Assembly: GCF_001194135.2 (NCBI RefSeq)
Contig: NC_068990.1
Location: forward strand, 70,864,577-70,928,576
Length of the DNA stretch: 64,000 bases
Direction: 5' to 3'
DNA from: Octopus bimaculoides
Lineage: Eukaryota
This document shows, one piece after another, positions 39,316-53,740 of the stretch. A program made the translations under genes and the position numbers. Under the pieces are notes generated by a model. The model saw only the letters and a program-made list of their open reading frames with translations. It made no database searches and was not told the DNA's origin. The first letter of the stretch is position 1. The number at the start of each line of letters is the position of its first letter.

Positions 39316-40544
39316 GATATGGAAAACTGAATACAGTAGATAAGGAGTTGGATGATAATTCTTAGCAAGTTCCAAAGAGCAAAGGCTTCTGAAGCACAAC
39401 ATAATGAACAATATGAACTAAACAAGTTAACACCAAAGCTTCTACATAGTTGCTTGACCTGCAAAACATAGCAGTCAAATCTTATTCAAATTAAACATTT
39501 GTCTTAAAAAGAGGAAAAACATATGTGATAATGTAGTCCTAAATATACTATGTCTGAATAAAAGACAAGGTGGCCATGGCTGGAATGTCTTCGATGCTAA
39601 GTTTATCTTGTCAATCCAGGTTGACTAGGAGGCTAAACAACAATACATGAACTAACAACTAGGAGAAAAGTTTCATGAATCTACTCAAAAATAACTTCTA
39701 AAAATATAATTTTTATGTAGGAGTTCCTTGAGAGATGTGTATTTCAAAGGTTTTGTATGAGTAAAAACATTTACAAAAACATCACTAAATGCATGCTTGA
39801 CTTGTTATGTAAATAGCAGCCAATTTCCACTCAAACCATACTCCATCTTCTAAACACATTTGATATTGGATATACTATCATAAAATGAGACAGGATGGTA
39901 ATAGCTTCAACACTTTGATCATAAGTCTACATGATCAGATCAGACCTGGGGTTAAACAACAATTACAGCATCTCTATACCAGATCAGAAGTTCAAAATTA
40001 TGTAAATTTAAAATGTTTTGTAATATCAAAACTTGACAATATAGAACATAATACTGATTAAAAACATGTTTATAAATTGAAGAGATGAAAGTGATTCTAA
40101 CGTCAAGATTTTAAATTACATCAGCAACTTTAGTGTAAGTTATTTATATTTTGTAGTTGACTCATCTTGTCTGTAAATTTGTCAAGTAACAAAATAGAAT
40201 TCATCTGACTTCATTATATAACAATCAAAATATATTTTTGCTTATTTCACATTAAAGAGAATCAAACTACATTTAATAATCTCAGCTTAAAATACACAAC
40301 AAAGATAGGTAATTTGCCGAAAGATAAAGAAATAAGATAATAAACATTAAACAAGATACATGATTTTTTGTAAATATTTGTTTTCTTTGAAGAAATTATT
40401 TTCTTTTAATTTTGTCAATTTAGATATATTTTCTGCTTACATTTGTTTACTTTTTAAATTCTCTTATACAGCTTATAATTTTTTTTAAAATCCATTTCGT
40501 TATATATAATATTTCAATGATGTTTTCTTGTACTCAAGTTTAAA

Positions 40545-40669
<125 letters not shown>

Positions 40670-41359
40670 AAGCAGTATTTAGTTTCATCTTGCATTGTTG
40701 TCCATTTGCCTTTCATCATATACTGGTAAGATTAACTAATCCTTTTTTTGAACCAGGAGCTAGTGTTTATCAGTAAATACTATACAACACTTATTTCCTG
40801 CCTACATCCTGCTTTCAGCATATATATCAAGGAAACTTCTCAGATGTTACAGGTCAGTTTTAAACCATAATATTCATGCATTTTTATACATTTTCACTAA
40901 AACTTATAATTCCAATAGAACTGTTTTCAAAGAATCCTATATGTGTTCATTCAATAATTGAGATGGATGTAGAAAGAGTTAACTAAAGACTAAAGATCAA
41001 TATTGTATGCAAGCGATCAACAAAATAGTCTATTCAACAGTAAATCACAAATTTAATCTTGCCTGCAGCATTGTGTATAAATGTGATTTGGTCTACTTAT
41101 ATTGAGATCTCAGATGCTTAGTTACTGACCAAATAGATAAACAAACAGGAGAAGATAATTAACATAAGGAAGGACAGTGGACAGACTATGGAGAGAATCA
41201 GATGGCTGTCAGTGGTAAGGAGGGGAAAAAGCCGAGTACTATTTTGAGTAGAATGTTTGTTGTGAGAATAGAGATATGGCAGAAAATCCCACCAAAAATC
41301 CGAAGGATACCAAAAGATTAAAAAAAATTAAGCACGATTGTTTATGCATTTATTTGCCA

Positions 41360-41451
41360 GGTGCAAGCCATGGCTGTAAGTTAAGCAGTCTGCTGCTTCT
41401 ACTACAGCCCTCGACCAACCAAATCCTTGTGAGATGGAAAATTAAAGAAGC

Positions 41452-41502
<51 letters not shown>

Positions 41503-41805
41503 TGCGTGTGTGTGTGTGCATGCGCGTGCATATGTATGTCTATTATTGTCTCCTTGTCTTGAGATCATGTGTTAGTTGTAAACAAGTGCCACCATTATAC
41601 AAGTGATGTCCTTCACTGCCAATCTTCCATGCAGTATGTTTGACCAAGCAGAATTATTGGAAACATATATGGAAACATGTGGAAGTTGGCAGCAGGAAAG
41701 GCATCCAGCAGTAAAAACTCCACATCAACAAATTCCGAGCATGGAAACGGAGGCATTAAAAGACAGTGACAGCAACAGTGAGGATGACAATGACGATGAT
41801 GTAAA
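41360..41805 (+). mobile_element. Decayed tRNA/CORE-type SINE with expanded (GT)n and RTE-like tail
   Basis: Same architecture as 14700-15095. Confidence 0.6.
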
Positions 41806-44800
41806 TATATACACAAAAAGTAAAGTTAGTTATGTTAATCTTACTATAACTGAAATTATCCATCTCAGAGATACAGAAATAGAATAACAAACTACAAAAT
41901 AATAGCTAAGAAAGTTGTTCTGAAAATATAGTAGCAAATAGTAAAATGTGATTTTGATGCCAACTAAACTTAAAAGGAAAAAAGTGTTTTAAATTTTCAC
42001 ATTATTATTAAAACTGAAAGGTTAAACTAAGATAGAATCATGAAAATAGCTGATGTAGAATTTTTTATAGCAATTTGAACGTAGAATTAACTGCAGGTAA
42101 GTGTATATAGATATCAAAAGATTATATATGTAGATCCTATCTTTGAACTGTTGATGTCTACTATGTTGATTTAATAACCTAGACAGATGTACAAAATGTC
42201 TGTAATTTTCCTGTGAAATATCTTTTTCTCAGTTTTGTTGATATTTCATTAAATTTTCAGTTTTAAAATAGGTTTTGTCTTTTGGAAAGGACTAACTTCA
42301 TTGTGCAACTTCACATGACATACCATGCTTTTAAAATCATTATTGAAATGGGGCACAAGTGTATTGATCACTGCTCTTCCCCTGAAGTGGTTGGATGCAA
42401 TATTGGTCAAAAGAAATTTACCAAACAGTGTTAAGTGGAAGATTTACAGATTTAAAAGATTAAGGTATTGAGAAGGGCTCAACATATTGATTACTGGCCA
42501 TTGCTATGAGAAATTTTCAATAAATAGCAGAATATGTTTAAGTCTACTTGAAAGGAGTTAACTTTCTTTTGAAGTAGTTTCACACAAAAGATAAAGTGAA
42601 TAGTTTTACATCAAGTGCTTTGTTTCAATGTTCAGCTTGTTTTGTTTTGTATTTTTTATTCATTTCATAATATTAAAATAGAAGTTTGTTGTAAGCCAGA
42701 ACAAAAGCATAATAGGAATTAGAATAATTTACAAATATTTTACTCTCTCTCTTTGCTTTCTCCCCTCCCTCTCTCTCTCTCTCTCTGTGAGCACACGCAT
42801 GCCTATGTTTGTTTGTTTATACAGATGGATTTTATAAAGTTAGGATCATAAAATATAAGGGACTTGCATTGTTTGAATAAATCCCAGGCTATCTACAATT
42901 TCTCATTAAATAAAAACTAATTTAAAACAAAATAAACTAAATTAAACAGAGTGAGTCAGAGGTTTCTTTAACATTTGAATTATATATACAAAGTTTATAT
43001 TTTTCACTTTGTTACAATTTTGTTTTTATATTATTGTTATTATTATTATCTTTACTATTTTGTTCAGAATATCTTTACAATTCATAGTTAAGTTGTAAAA
43101 TGTCCATTTCAGCAGTTGATCTCATTTATACTTAAATAACTTGAAATGATAAAAAAAAAACAAAGCAAAGTACTAGGGAAAAATTGTTTTAATGGATAAT
43201 ACTAGAGTAATAAATACTTTTACCAAATAAAATTTCATTTTTTAACCAACCCATTAATAGCCATAATTGATTCTTAGAAATTTCTATTAATTCACAAAAA
43301 TTAATTTTTTAATAATGAAAAATGGGATGATGTAAGAAACACTACTTTGTAACAGAATATTTATTAGATAAAATCAAAACAGTCAACAAAGAAATCTGTT
43401 TTTAACAATTCTTTTTGTGAACTGAAGCCAATAAAATAAATTGTCACCACTTCAAAAAAATAAAAAATACAACCAGAAGAGACATGACTCTGCAAGTTGT
43501 AGCGCCAACAACTTGTCAAGGAGAATACTAAGTTGGAATAAAAACTGATATAATGCAGATAGGACTGTTTAACTGTGCTGTAGAAAATCTTTCTAGTATC
43601 AGTGGTTCAATAAAATACATTTAATCTGGGTTGTGAAGAGGATGGTGAAAGGAAGAATACCTAGCTGTAAAAACTATGCTCCATCCTACTCTAAAGAAAA
43701 ATCACATTATACACAAAAACAAAGATTAATCTTGCTGTATGTGCCAAATGATGAAATACTGCAACAAGTGGTGAGGTGCCATAATATTCATCTAACTCAT
43801 CCTAGCATGGAAAAAAATTAGGAGTAAAGTAATGACATTGTATTGCCTTTCTAAACATGAATTTTGATTTCTTGTTGGATTTTGTAACAGCTCTTTAGAT
43901 TTTTTAATTTACTAGCCAGAAACTGTTCACTGTTGTGACATACAGTAAATTCATCAAACCAAAATCAGATAATTTATCAATATACCATGAAGATGTCTAT
44001 CTCTAATTCACTATTTGAAAGCTCAATTTCAAACAACTGTTCATAACAATATTGTTTATAACATCCACCTCAATTTTTAAAATTAAATAACACTGTCAAA
44101 GACAGACTTTCACCAAGGAGTAGGGTTTCTTTTTTAATAAAGATTATCTGATAATAATTGTTGGGTGTTTATCATGAAACATATTAACACAACCTGGAAA
44201 AGAAGTCAGTAAAGTTATGTTGAAAGTTAGTGATGCACAAGAAACAATGTGAAAGCAAGGTGTGTGGGGGGAGGGGGCATTTAAATAACAGTGCATCAAG
44301 GGCCTTGTAAAAGCAAATACTTTTAACAGTAAAAACTTGTAAACATTTTCAGCACAAATATCCATATCAGATGGAAGTTCATTATTGCCTTTTAACCAGT
44401 TCCCCAAGCTCCTACAGTAGTAATGATTAAAAGAAGTCAAATAGTTGTTGTTCATTTTCCCTTTGATAGCAGACTAGTTCATGACAGTATTTGATAATCT
44501 ACAGTCACAAAGTCTGGCTCACAGCCTTTTGTAGACAACAAGAGTCTCAAATCTCTCTGTATGATATATTATATGTTAAATCCCATTAAAAATGATGATG
44601 TGGAGGGCAATTTCATTTGTTCACACATGGATTTCAGGTTCTAAAGGTTTACAGTTGCTAAGATATATCTTCCTTTGTTTTGAGTAGACTACATATTACC
44701 ACCCAAACTCAATTCAAGTATGCAGTGGAGTTGATTAAGCTGAGTAATAACTGAAACTGATGTATTTCTTTCAGATCTTGTCTCTGGAAATAGCATTAGG

Positions 44801-47800
44801 GCATTGTCCACATACTTTTAATAATGTAACACGATGTGCTGTCTAGAGCATTAGTTGACCATATGGGCATCTTTCCAAGAAGTAATGGTCAGAATGTATA
44901 GCCCTGGCTAATATGATGCTGGTATATACTGAATAGACATTCAAATTAAACTGGTGTTGATCAAACTAGTTTGGGCAAGTTTGTGAAGCTGTTCTACCAG
45001 TTGCCAGCTGCTCTTGAGGTGTGTCAGAATATAGGATAGAAAAAGTGAATAGTTTATCAACACATTCAAGTGCAACCTTCATATACAGAGAGAGATGGAC
45101 AAAAAAAAACATTGCAGAGTTTGGTAAACAATTCAGATAGTGCAAAGTTGCAAATAGTACAGTCCATTTTATTAAGAAACAGAAGTTGATATGCTAAACA
45201 AGTTGATTCCAAAAACAAGGATCAACTTATAAATGGAGTGAGGTATGTACTTTCTATTTCCATTTCTCTCAATAATGGTTAATAAGGACATTCCCTCTGA
45301 TGAAGAGATTTGTCTTGAAAAACAAAGGACTTAGTTTCATATTCCTTTAAAATGTTCATTTTGCTTCACTATAACTAAATGAATGGAATAAAGAAATATA
45401 ATAAGCAACATTTGATATTAAATAACACAGAATGACATATAACATACTTGTACAAAAGTGGCTATGTCAAAGTCTGTTTAATGTTTGTAACATATGATAA
45501 ATGTATTTAAAGCATAAAAAAAGTTGCAACAAAAATAATAATATTGAATGTTATTAGAGTTAATAATATTGAAAGGTTATAAATATTAAATAGGTTTTTC
45601 CAAACAGAAGTTTTGATATGAAGGAGTTTTCAAAAATGTCTTAATCTCTTTAGACCAAGAGGTATAATATATTTTAGATAGTTCAGAGAGAAAAATGTGT
45701 TATAATTTTTAAATTTATACAGAACGTCAAACTGAGTTGCTGCTTTACCTCGATTTTATATTATCTGACAGGAACTAAAAATAAAATTTACAAAGCTGAA
45801 TTGGATCTGAAAAGTTTATCCATAACATAGGCTTATTCATAGATATATGATTTATGGACAGACTAAAATTATGACAGTGGTACTCCAAATATTTTCATCA
45901 TGAAATACAAAATTTCTGTCAAAATGACAAAAAAAGAAAAAGCAATTTTAGGATAATATTGGTGAAATAAACAATTTAATTTTCAATAACAAGAAAATTT
46001 CAGATTCTGGCAGTATTTTATTTTATCAATAGAAAAAGTACTTTCAATGCAATGTGTATATATATATATGTGTGTATGTATGTGTATATATATATATATA
46101 TATATANNNNNNNNNNTATATTGATATTTGCAAAACAATATATTTCTGAATGAATTATCAAAATAACAATTGTATATATGAAGATTCTTATATTTATAAT
46201 TACAGTACTGCTCAAAAGAATTTCTGAAATAAAGATAATTTTTAAAAAGATGATTGGTAGTAAACAGTAGCAAAAGCTACAAAAATTCATTGAAATATTG
46301 TGACAGACACTACATTAATAATGAAAATTTATGGCACACAGAAAATATTAAAATCTAATTAAGTCAGCTACAGCAAGTTGTGCAACATTGGATACATTTT
46401 ACTGCTTATGGAAGCAAATCTTTCCAATTTCACAAAGAATTACAGATAACAAAAACTAACACATGCATGTTAACTACCTACCTGATTAAAGTAGAGCACT
46501 TTACATTGATTACATTTAGGTTTTAATAACAACATATGGCTTGTAGTAAACAATATTACAAGAAACATCAATATGTTCCATAGATATATTTCTTACATAG
46601 CTATTTTTGACTAGAGAGTATAATTTTAAAACTTTGTTAAATATAATGTGTATGGAGGTGAGAGAAAAAAAGAAAGAGAGGAGAAAGAGTAAATTAATGA
46701 GAGCATGAGCGGCACAGAGAGTGACAGAATGGTTTTACTTCTTCAAATCACGGATACTATTGAATGAGTTACTTGTTTACAAGAGTTTCTTCAAAACTGC
46801 TGACATTGTACCAAACTAAAAAAAATGAGTCATCAATACACAACACTCAACTATTTAGAAAACCACAGAGAAATAAAGACAAATATCAAATGTAATAAAT
46901 TAAGCAGAAAATTAACAATTATATAAAATTTTTCATTTTTATTTTCATAATGTTAGAAAAAATAACCAAAACTTTATGATATTCATTTGATATATTAGAC
47001 AGTTATCCAAATAGATGTTAAGGATTATACTTTTGTTGAGTCATCAGGTTTCATGTTACAAGACTTCTAAATGAGGACTTCATATAATTGTTAATTTGTC
47101 TTTTATTTCTAACTTTTCACAACTGATATTTATCTCAACTGATCTAACTACAAAACACTGAATAGAATATAAAGCTTGTAGAGTGAGATTTCACTAATTT
47201 TATTTGAACACTGAAAACACAACACAAATTACAGAGATAAACTATTGCAGCTCAGTGAATCCTTAAAATGCTACCAAAATAGGCCATTTATGTGAAAATA
47301 ATGATTATACACAAGCACAAACAAATACTACATATAGTATTTACATGATATACAGCTTAGTGAAAGGGAGGAATATTATTTACTTCGAATATTTACTTTG
47401 GATATTTTTTCATTATATTTCTGAAGGTTTACTGAGAAATTTGTGATTTTCTATATGAATTTACAAAATTACATTTTTCAGAGAATTTCTGAGTTTAAAA
47501 TATGGAGAGAAAAATGATTAAATGGCAACAATATATGTTATCGAAATGTTTGCTTTCAGCTTTTATAATGAAGTGTCCATGAAAGATTTTTGATAATAAT
47601 GTTGATTTTTTAAAAATAATGTTAATTTTTTTTGAAAATGAGAAGGTAAGACTAATGTTTGAATAAATGGAAAAGCTTCCATAATTATGGCTATGAGAAA
47701 GCTATATATCAGTTCTCAATAAAAGAAAATGATTTTATATATGGAGGCAGTTGCTTTATCACCACACTTTATAACTACCATCTTCTCAGACAGGAAAATA

Positions 47801-47994
47801 AATAAAAGTTTTTCAGTTTATATTGCTATTAACTGCAATTATTACAAACTAAAAAAAAAAAAATGCTGCAGCAATATTAGGAAAATAATTTGTCCCATAG
47901 TTAACAAAAGTTTAGCCTTCATTTCACAATTTATTGAAAAAAAAAAAAAAAANNNNNNNNNNNNNNNNNNNNNNNNNNNNNNNNNNNNNNNNNN

Positions 47995-48033
<39 letters not shown>

Positions 48034-48587
48034 AGTGAATTGTGAAATGAAAGCCAAACTTTTGGTTACAGCTTCAAACATTATCTAGGTGTTGTGTGAA
48101 GAGCAAATACATTTTGTAATGATTGAAGTTTTAAAATTCCCATTTCTAGATTTCTGAAATCAGTTTCTTACAAAAGAAGAAATGATTGATCAAACAAACC
48201 CTGATGCTTTAAATATTTTCGCACTAATTGCTAACAGCAACAATGAAATAACTACAATGTGGTTTATTTTCCATTCCATCACAATAACAAACAGTAGTTG
48301 ATATCAAAGTATCTGTCTCCATAACTTTTCTACTTTCAATATATATTCTTGTTCTAAGAGAATTTATCATAGTAAAATTCTGTTAGATAATTGCCTCAAA
48401 TTAAAAAAAAATTTATCAATAGGAATTATCTATAACAATATATAATTGAATGATTTTCAAGGAATCAAACTGCTTAGCTAAAGGAAACATTGATCACAGA
48501 TATAGAAATAATCTGAGACAAGATTTATAAGACTGTACAATGAGCAGAATATGAGAGAGTGACCCATGCAGAATGAAAGATACTTAC

Positions 48588-48653
48588 TTGTGTAGTTAGA
48601 CTGTTTTCTTTATCACCTTCCGCAAATACACTGTCTACATCTCCAGGTAAATC
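48588..48653 (-). CDS. Putative 66-nt internal exon of host gene (DLPGDVDSVFAEGDKENSLTTQ), phase 0-0
   Basis: Acceptor ttcacaaataaacatag (weak), donor CAA|gtaagt (consensus), open frame, phase-compatible with the 63295 exon. Confidence 0.7.
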
Positions 48654-50589
48654 CTATGTTTATTTGTGAAATGAATATTATTTATGAAAATCATGGTTGA
48701 TGCAATAAAATGATGAACTAATCTACAAAATGTTAAACTAGAAGAAATAAATTAGGAAAATAGATGTCATTCAATGTATGTACATTAGTACAAGGATAAT
48801 AGCAAGTAAAAACAAAACCACTTTTAACTTCATGCAACCAAAAACTCAAAACAATTTACTTATTTTAGAAATTATAGAAATTAACAAAATAATGAATAAC
48901 AAACATATTTTCTCTTAAGAAACACACATACACACACAATAAAGTATGGATTAAGGATGTAAATTAATTTTCTTCATTGCAGCAAAATAAATTAGTGTTT
49001 CAGCACAAAGCTGTGTTCTGAACTCCTTACACTATACTCTTCTCTAATCTACACCTCCATGAGTATCAATGTTTGCAAACAACATTTACAATAACAAATA
49101 AGAGAGGAGACATGTTTACTCACAATATCATTTGTCAGGTTGTTATTAATTTAAGTCCTAATAACCTAACAAATAGCATTAAAAGATCAAAGACTTAGGT
49201 TACAGTGCAGGCATAGGCCAACCTTTCTCAAGAAGTGGGTCACATAAGACATGGCTCTCAATCAGATGGACTGCACAACTAAAAAAATCCAAGATAATTT
49301 TTGTTAGGTGTGCCACAGGTTGTATATTTTCCATCAACAGCAGCAAGAACGAGGGGAGGGGGGAGTTTGTGAATTCCAGTTTCTTAGCATCCAGATCATA
49401 GAAATGATTTAGTCTGTTAAGGTTCCCTAGTGATGAATGAACCAGTAAGAGAATGTCTATGCAGTAGATTGACCTGCTACAAATAGCAACCAGATTCCCT
49501 CCTATCATACCTTTATGTCTTAAAACAAGGAAGACACACTGAACAAGGTGATCCTAAATATACAAAAGATAAGATAGTTAATACTGGAATATCTTTGATC
49601 ACAGGTCTGACCAGGAGGTGGGTGGGGGGAACTAAACAAGAACAGTATTTTCTTAGGACAATGAAATTGTCATCTTCAAGAATTACCAACATTTATTAAT
49701 GCACAATTGACAGCATTCAGATACATTGCAGTGTATGATAGTAACTTGTTCATATTTGAGCAAGAGGGCTTTACAATTTAGAGTGACTGTTAACACAAAT
49801 ATGCTATTCTACTTCCATGTATAGAAGAGTCTAAACCAATCCACTGTGTACAGGAAGAATTCTGAATCATATTAAGATATTGTTCAAATTACCCGCAAGA
49901 ATGTACAACTTGAAGATCTGATAGCTGCTTTTAAACAAATAACTAGGGTCAAAAACAGTTTTTTCTCCCAGCAATGTCACACGACGCACTGCTATTTACC
50001 ATTAAAATGTTTGCAAACTCCTATAATCCTGTTACTATATTACATGGCAAAGTTATTACTGTAGTACAATACTTGTTGTCATTTCATTATATTTGTTGTG
50101 ACTAATTCTTTTTTATTCTGTTTTCACAACAGAAAATGCAAGACATTTTCTGTTGTATTAGCATAGAGGGATGATTGTTTTAAGAGTAGTTTGACAAATA
50201 ACAACAAAAAGTTATATAGTCCACAGTAAAAAGGAAAACAAACAAAATAACATAATGGGTTGAAAATAATTTGTTGCACTAAATTAAATGAAAAAATTCT
50301 TTAATTCTAAAGCAGTTTATAGTATGGTAAATCAAAGTCTTAATTGAGCCATCAAGGGAGCCTCTACACAGTTACTTGGATAGCTAGAAATAACAAATGA
50401 AATCTCTCTCAAATCACACCCTAGAGTTTTAAAAAAATGAACAATACATTGGACAGTGAAGTCCTTGTTACATAGAAAGATGAGATAGTCATGGCTAGAA
50501 TGTCTTTAAATACAGATTTTCTCCATTAGGAAAGACTTGGTACAAAACAACAACAAGAGTTTTAATAGATTTGTATCAACGTAGTAGGT

Positions 50590-50850
50590 TCCACATCATC
50601 ATCATTTAATGTCCATTGTCCATGCTGGCATGGGTTGAACAGTGTGACCAGAGCTGGCAAGTTGGGGAGGGGGGGCTGCACCAGACTCCAGTCAGATTTG
50701 ACATTATTTCTATGGCTGGATGTGCTGGGTGCTTTCACATGGCACTGTACAGGCACTTTTATGTGATGCCACATGGACACTTTTACATGGCACCACATGG
50801 GTCCTTTTATGTGATGCTACATGGGTGCTTTTATGTGATGCTGCATGGGT
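50590..50850 (-). mobile_element. RTE-tail-type repeat with five tandem ~21-bp ttttatgtgatgc/ttttacatggcac units
   Basis: (CAT)n tail, ccatgctggcatgggttg, tandem units as at 9040-9170. Confidence 0.7.
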
Positions 50851-52768
50851 CTATATTTTTCCTAATACTTGAAACATTGCAAAGAAATGTCAACGCAGGA
50901 ACTACAGAATAAATTTGAAATCCAAGGATTTCAAATTTTAAGATATGTATTTGTAGATGGAACTTTCAAACATCAACTAAGTTATGAAAAGAAAGAAAGA
51001 AAAAAAATCTCCCTATTTAGTATTTGAAACAGGAAGCATAAACTCAGAGACTTGGTAGAGAGGAGATACAGTGATATAATTTATATGTCATGCAACTAAA
51101 AGAATAAGATAATCAAGGATTATTGAAAATAGAATTATTGTATTATTGAAAAGACTTAAAATTAGCATGTGCATGGGATGAGGAACAAGCATGAGCGAAG
51201 TTGTTGTAAATAAACTTCCTTCATTTACAAAGAACAGATTAAATGAGGTATGATTGTTCAATGAAATATGACAATAAAAACTGATGGTTTGGAATTAGTG
51301 GAAAAATTTTAGTATGATTCCTGTAAGGTACACTTGTTGACAGCACAAGAAATAATGAAGATAAGAAAAACTATTGTTGTATAATACTATTTGAGGGTGA
51401 ATACAGGATTATAATATAATGTAGAGTAGTAATAGAGGGTAAATAAAATACAGGTTTCAGTCGGGGAACCTTTTTCAAAGTTATTTAGTCAACCCTGTCA
51501 ACCCAATGCTTATTTTAGCAGCACACTTATGTTATTGATCTCCATTAAGTCGATAAGTATGCAATTGGCCAAAGTGGTGCACAATGGAATTGAACCTAGA
51601 AATATGGTTGTAAAGTGAACATGTCAGGTACTGTTATAGTTTTATGGTTAGGTGAAAGAAATCTGAAAGGTAGAAGTTTGATTAGATCTTAAAAGATTAC
51701 ACATAACAAAAAGATTATCAATGATTATAGATGGAATATATAAATATAGTCCTTGTCAACCTATGCCACCATGGAAAATAATCATTTTGATAATAAAATT
51801 TATGAAGATAATAATGATAACATTAGAAAAGTAGTGGAAGATATAATAAAAGTGAGTACGGAAACTCAATGGGTTTTTCTTCCTCTCTTGTTTCTGCTTC
51901 TAAAGTATTATAAATTCAAAAATCAAAAATCTTACAGCAAATAAATATTTAAGTATTAATTTCTTGTATTTTCTTTTTATACCACATCTTTTGTATGCTA
52001 AAATTTATTCATCATTTCAATGTAAGAATTATTAATGAGGGAATATAAAAATGTACATAGAGTTATTAATAGTTTATATTACATTGTAATATGTTATGTT
52101 GATTTGTTTTTGTTTTTTTTTCTCCCCAAAATAAACAATCACTGCTAGTTTTATTTACTGTTTATGCTGTAAATGGAAAGGAACATTTCTTTAAAAAGTT
52201 ATGGTCAAAATAAGGTTACTAAACTTCAGTAGTTGTTAAAATAAACTATTGGGTTACATAGATCATAAAATCCATCTGCATCATATAAAATTATAATGGA
52301 TTCAATTTATATTTTAACTAATTGTTGATTCTACCATAAACAAATATAAATTCTTCAAACAGAAAATAGAAAATTCTAAAATTATATTTATTTCAAGTCA
52401 TACACGCGATGAATATATTGCTTAAAGAGCATTGATCTGGAGTTTATTTCTTAGTTGTAATATTTTTCAATTGAAAAAAATGTATACTTGGAAACTACTA
52501 TATCAATAAAATATTTCTACAGAAAGATCATAGATGGAAGTTATCACCCACATCAATATTTCTGAATCTCAAATGAAACAGTCTTGGAGGCATGTTATTT
52601 ATTAGTAGGAAGAAAACTAATAAAAAAAAAAAAAGACTAGAAATAGCAACATGAAATTATTTTTAACACTTACATATAGAAATGGTGGAAATGGAAATCT
52701 AAAAACCTATGATAAAATAAAAACCAGTATTAGGCTGGAAAGAAATGTACTATTATAATATATACATA

Positions 52769-52811
<43 letters not shown>

Positions 52812-53294
52812 GTATATATGTTATGCTAATATAATTTATAATAATATTGAAGCAACATCTGAAAAAAGTTTCTTCTTTTGAATTAAAATATTCTATATTT
52901 CAAAATTTTAAATCACTAAAAAAACATTAAGCATTCTTTTTTAAATAAACTAAATAAAAGAGTAAATGATACATCAAGAATATATTTATTTTGAAATTAC
53001 CATATTGTATATCTAATAAAATAGTTATGATTACACAATCAAAAATATTCAAATATATTGTATTCTGTAATCCTAAGCAGTATAATAGCTTATTTGTCAA
53101 AGATTATACATTGCAATGTCATGAAAATTCAATAGGAGAATCTTTTACAAGAATAATGATAAAAAAAGATATTCCAAAGATGTTAAATGCAAAATTGTAC
53201 AAAAGTGATTGTAAAAAGTTGTTGCCTTAATAGTTCAAATAGGTTGTAAAAGTGACAACGATGAACTGAGCTGATAATAGGTTGTATAATACAT

Positions 53295-53740
53295 CAGCAT
53301 TTCTTAACCAAGGTTTCCCCAGAACGTTAGGGTTCAACAAGAGATTGCAAGGGCTCTTGTGAGAAATAATTAATTACATAACAGATTAATTATATGTAAA
53401 TATATTTTAGAGTAATTTTTCCCTTCAACTCTATATTTGTAATTTTATTTTATATGCACATTTCTAAAGGTAGGTAAGTAATGGCATCTGTAGATAGTTG
53501 GGTGACTCCACAGAGAAAAAAATTACCTCCAAAGATGGAATTGTAGGAGAAACTGGTTTAATCAAGTATTTGGCTAAGTCGTAATGATAGTTCTATGATT
53601 TGTCTACTGTCTTTTGAAATTTTATTTAATGTGATAGAAAAAAAAAATGAACAAAGATGCATAATTTTTATGCAGGGGTTTCCTGAAACATGGAATGTAT
53701 TTTGAGGGTTACTCAAGGCTAAAAAGTTTACAAAATGCTG
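53295..53740. mobile_element. hAT-like non-autonomous element
   Basis: Ends cagcatttcttaacc and aagtttacaaaatgctg; flanks taatacat and caataagt could be a decayed 8-bp TSD (5/8). Confidence 0.5.

Noticed and set aside
42071-42096. Plus-strand 26-nt ag...gtaagt microexon
   Set aside because: Not a multiple of three, no partner exons; probably chance.
42318-42440. ATG|gtatgt, a Met-only first exon candidate
   Set aside because: No acceptor or promoter support; GTATGT is common in this composition.
52674-52706. 33-nt in-frame minus-strand microexon (VFRFPFPPFLY) with tag acceptor and gtaagt donor
   Set aside because: Very pyrimidine-rich, looks like intron sequence, weak exon-side donor; such matches are expected by chance.
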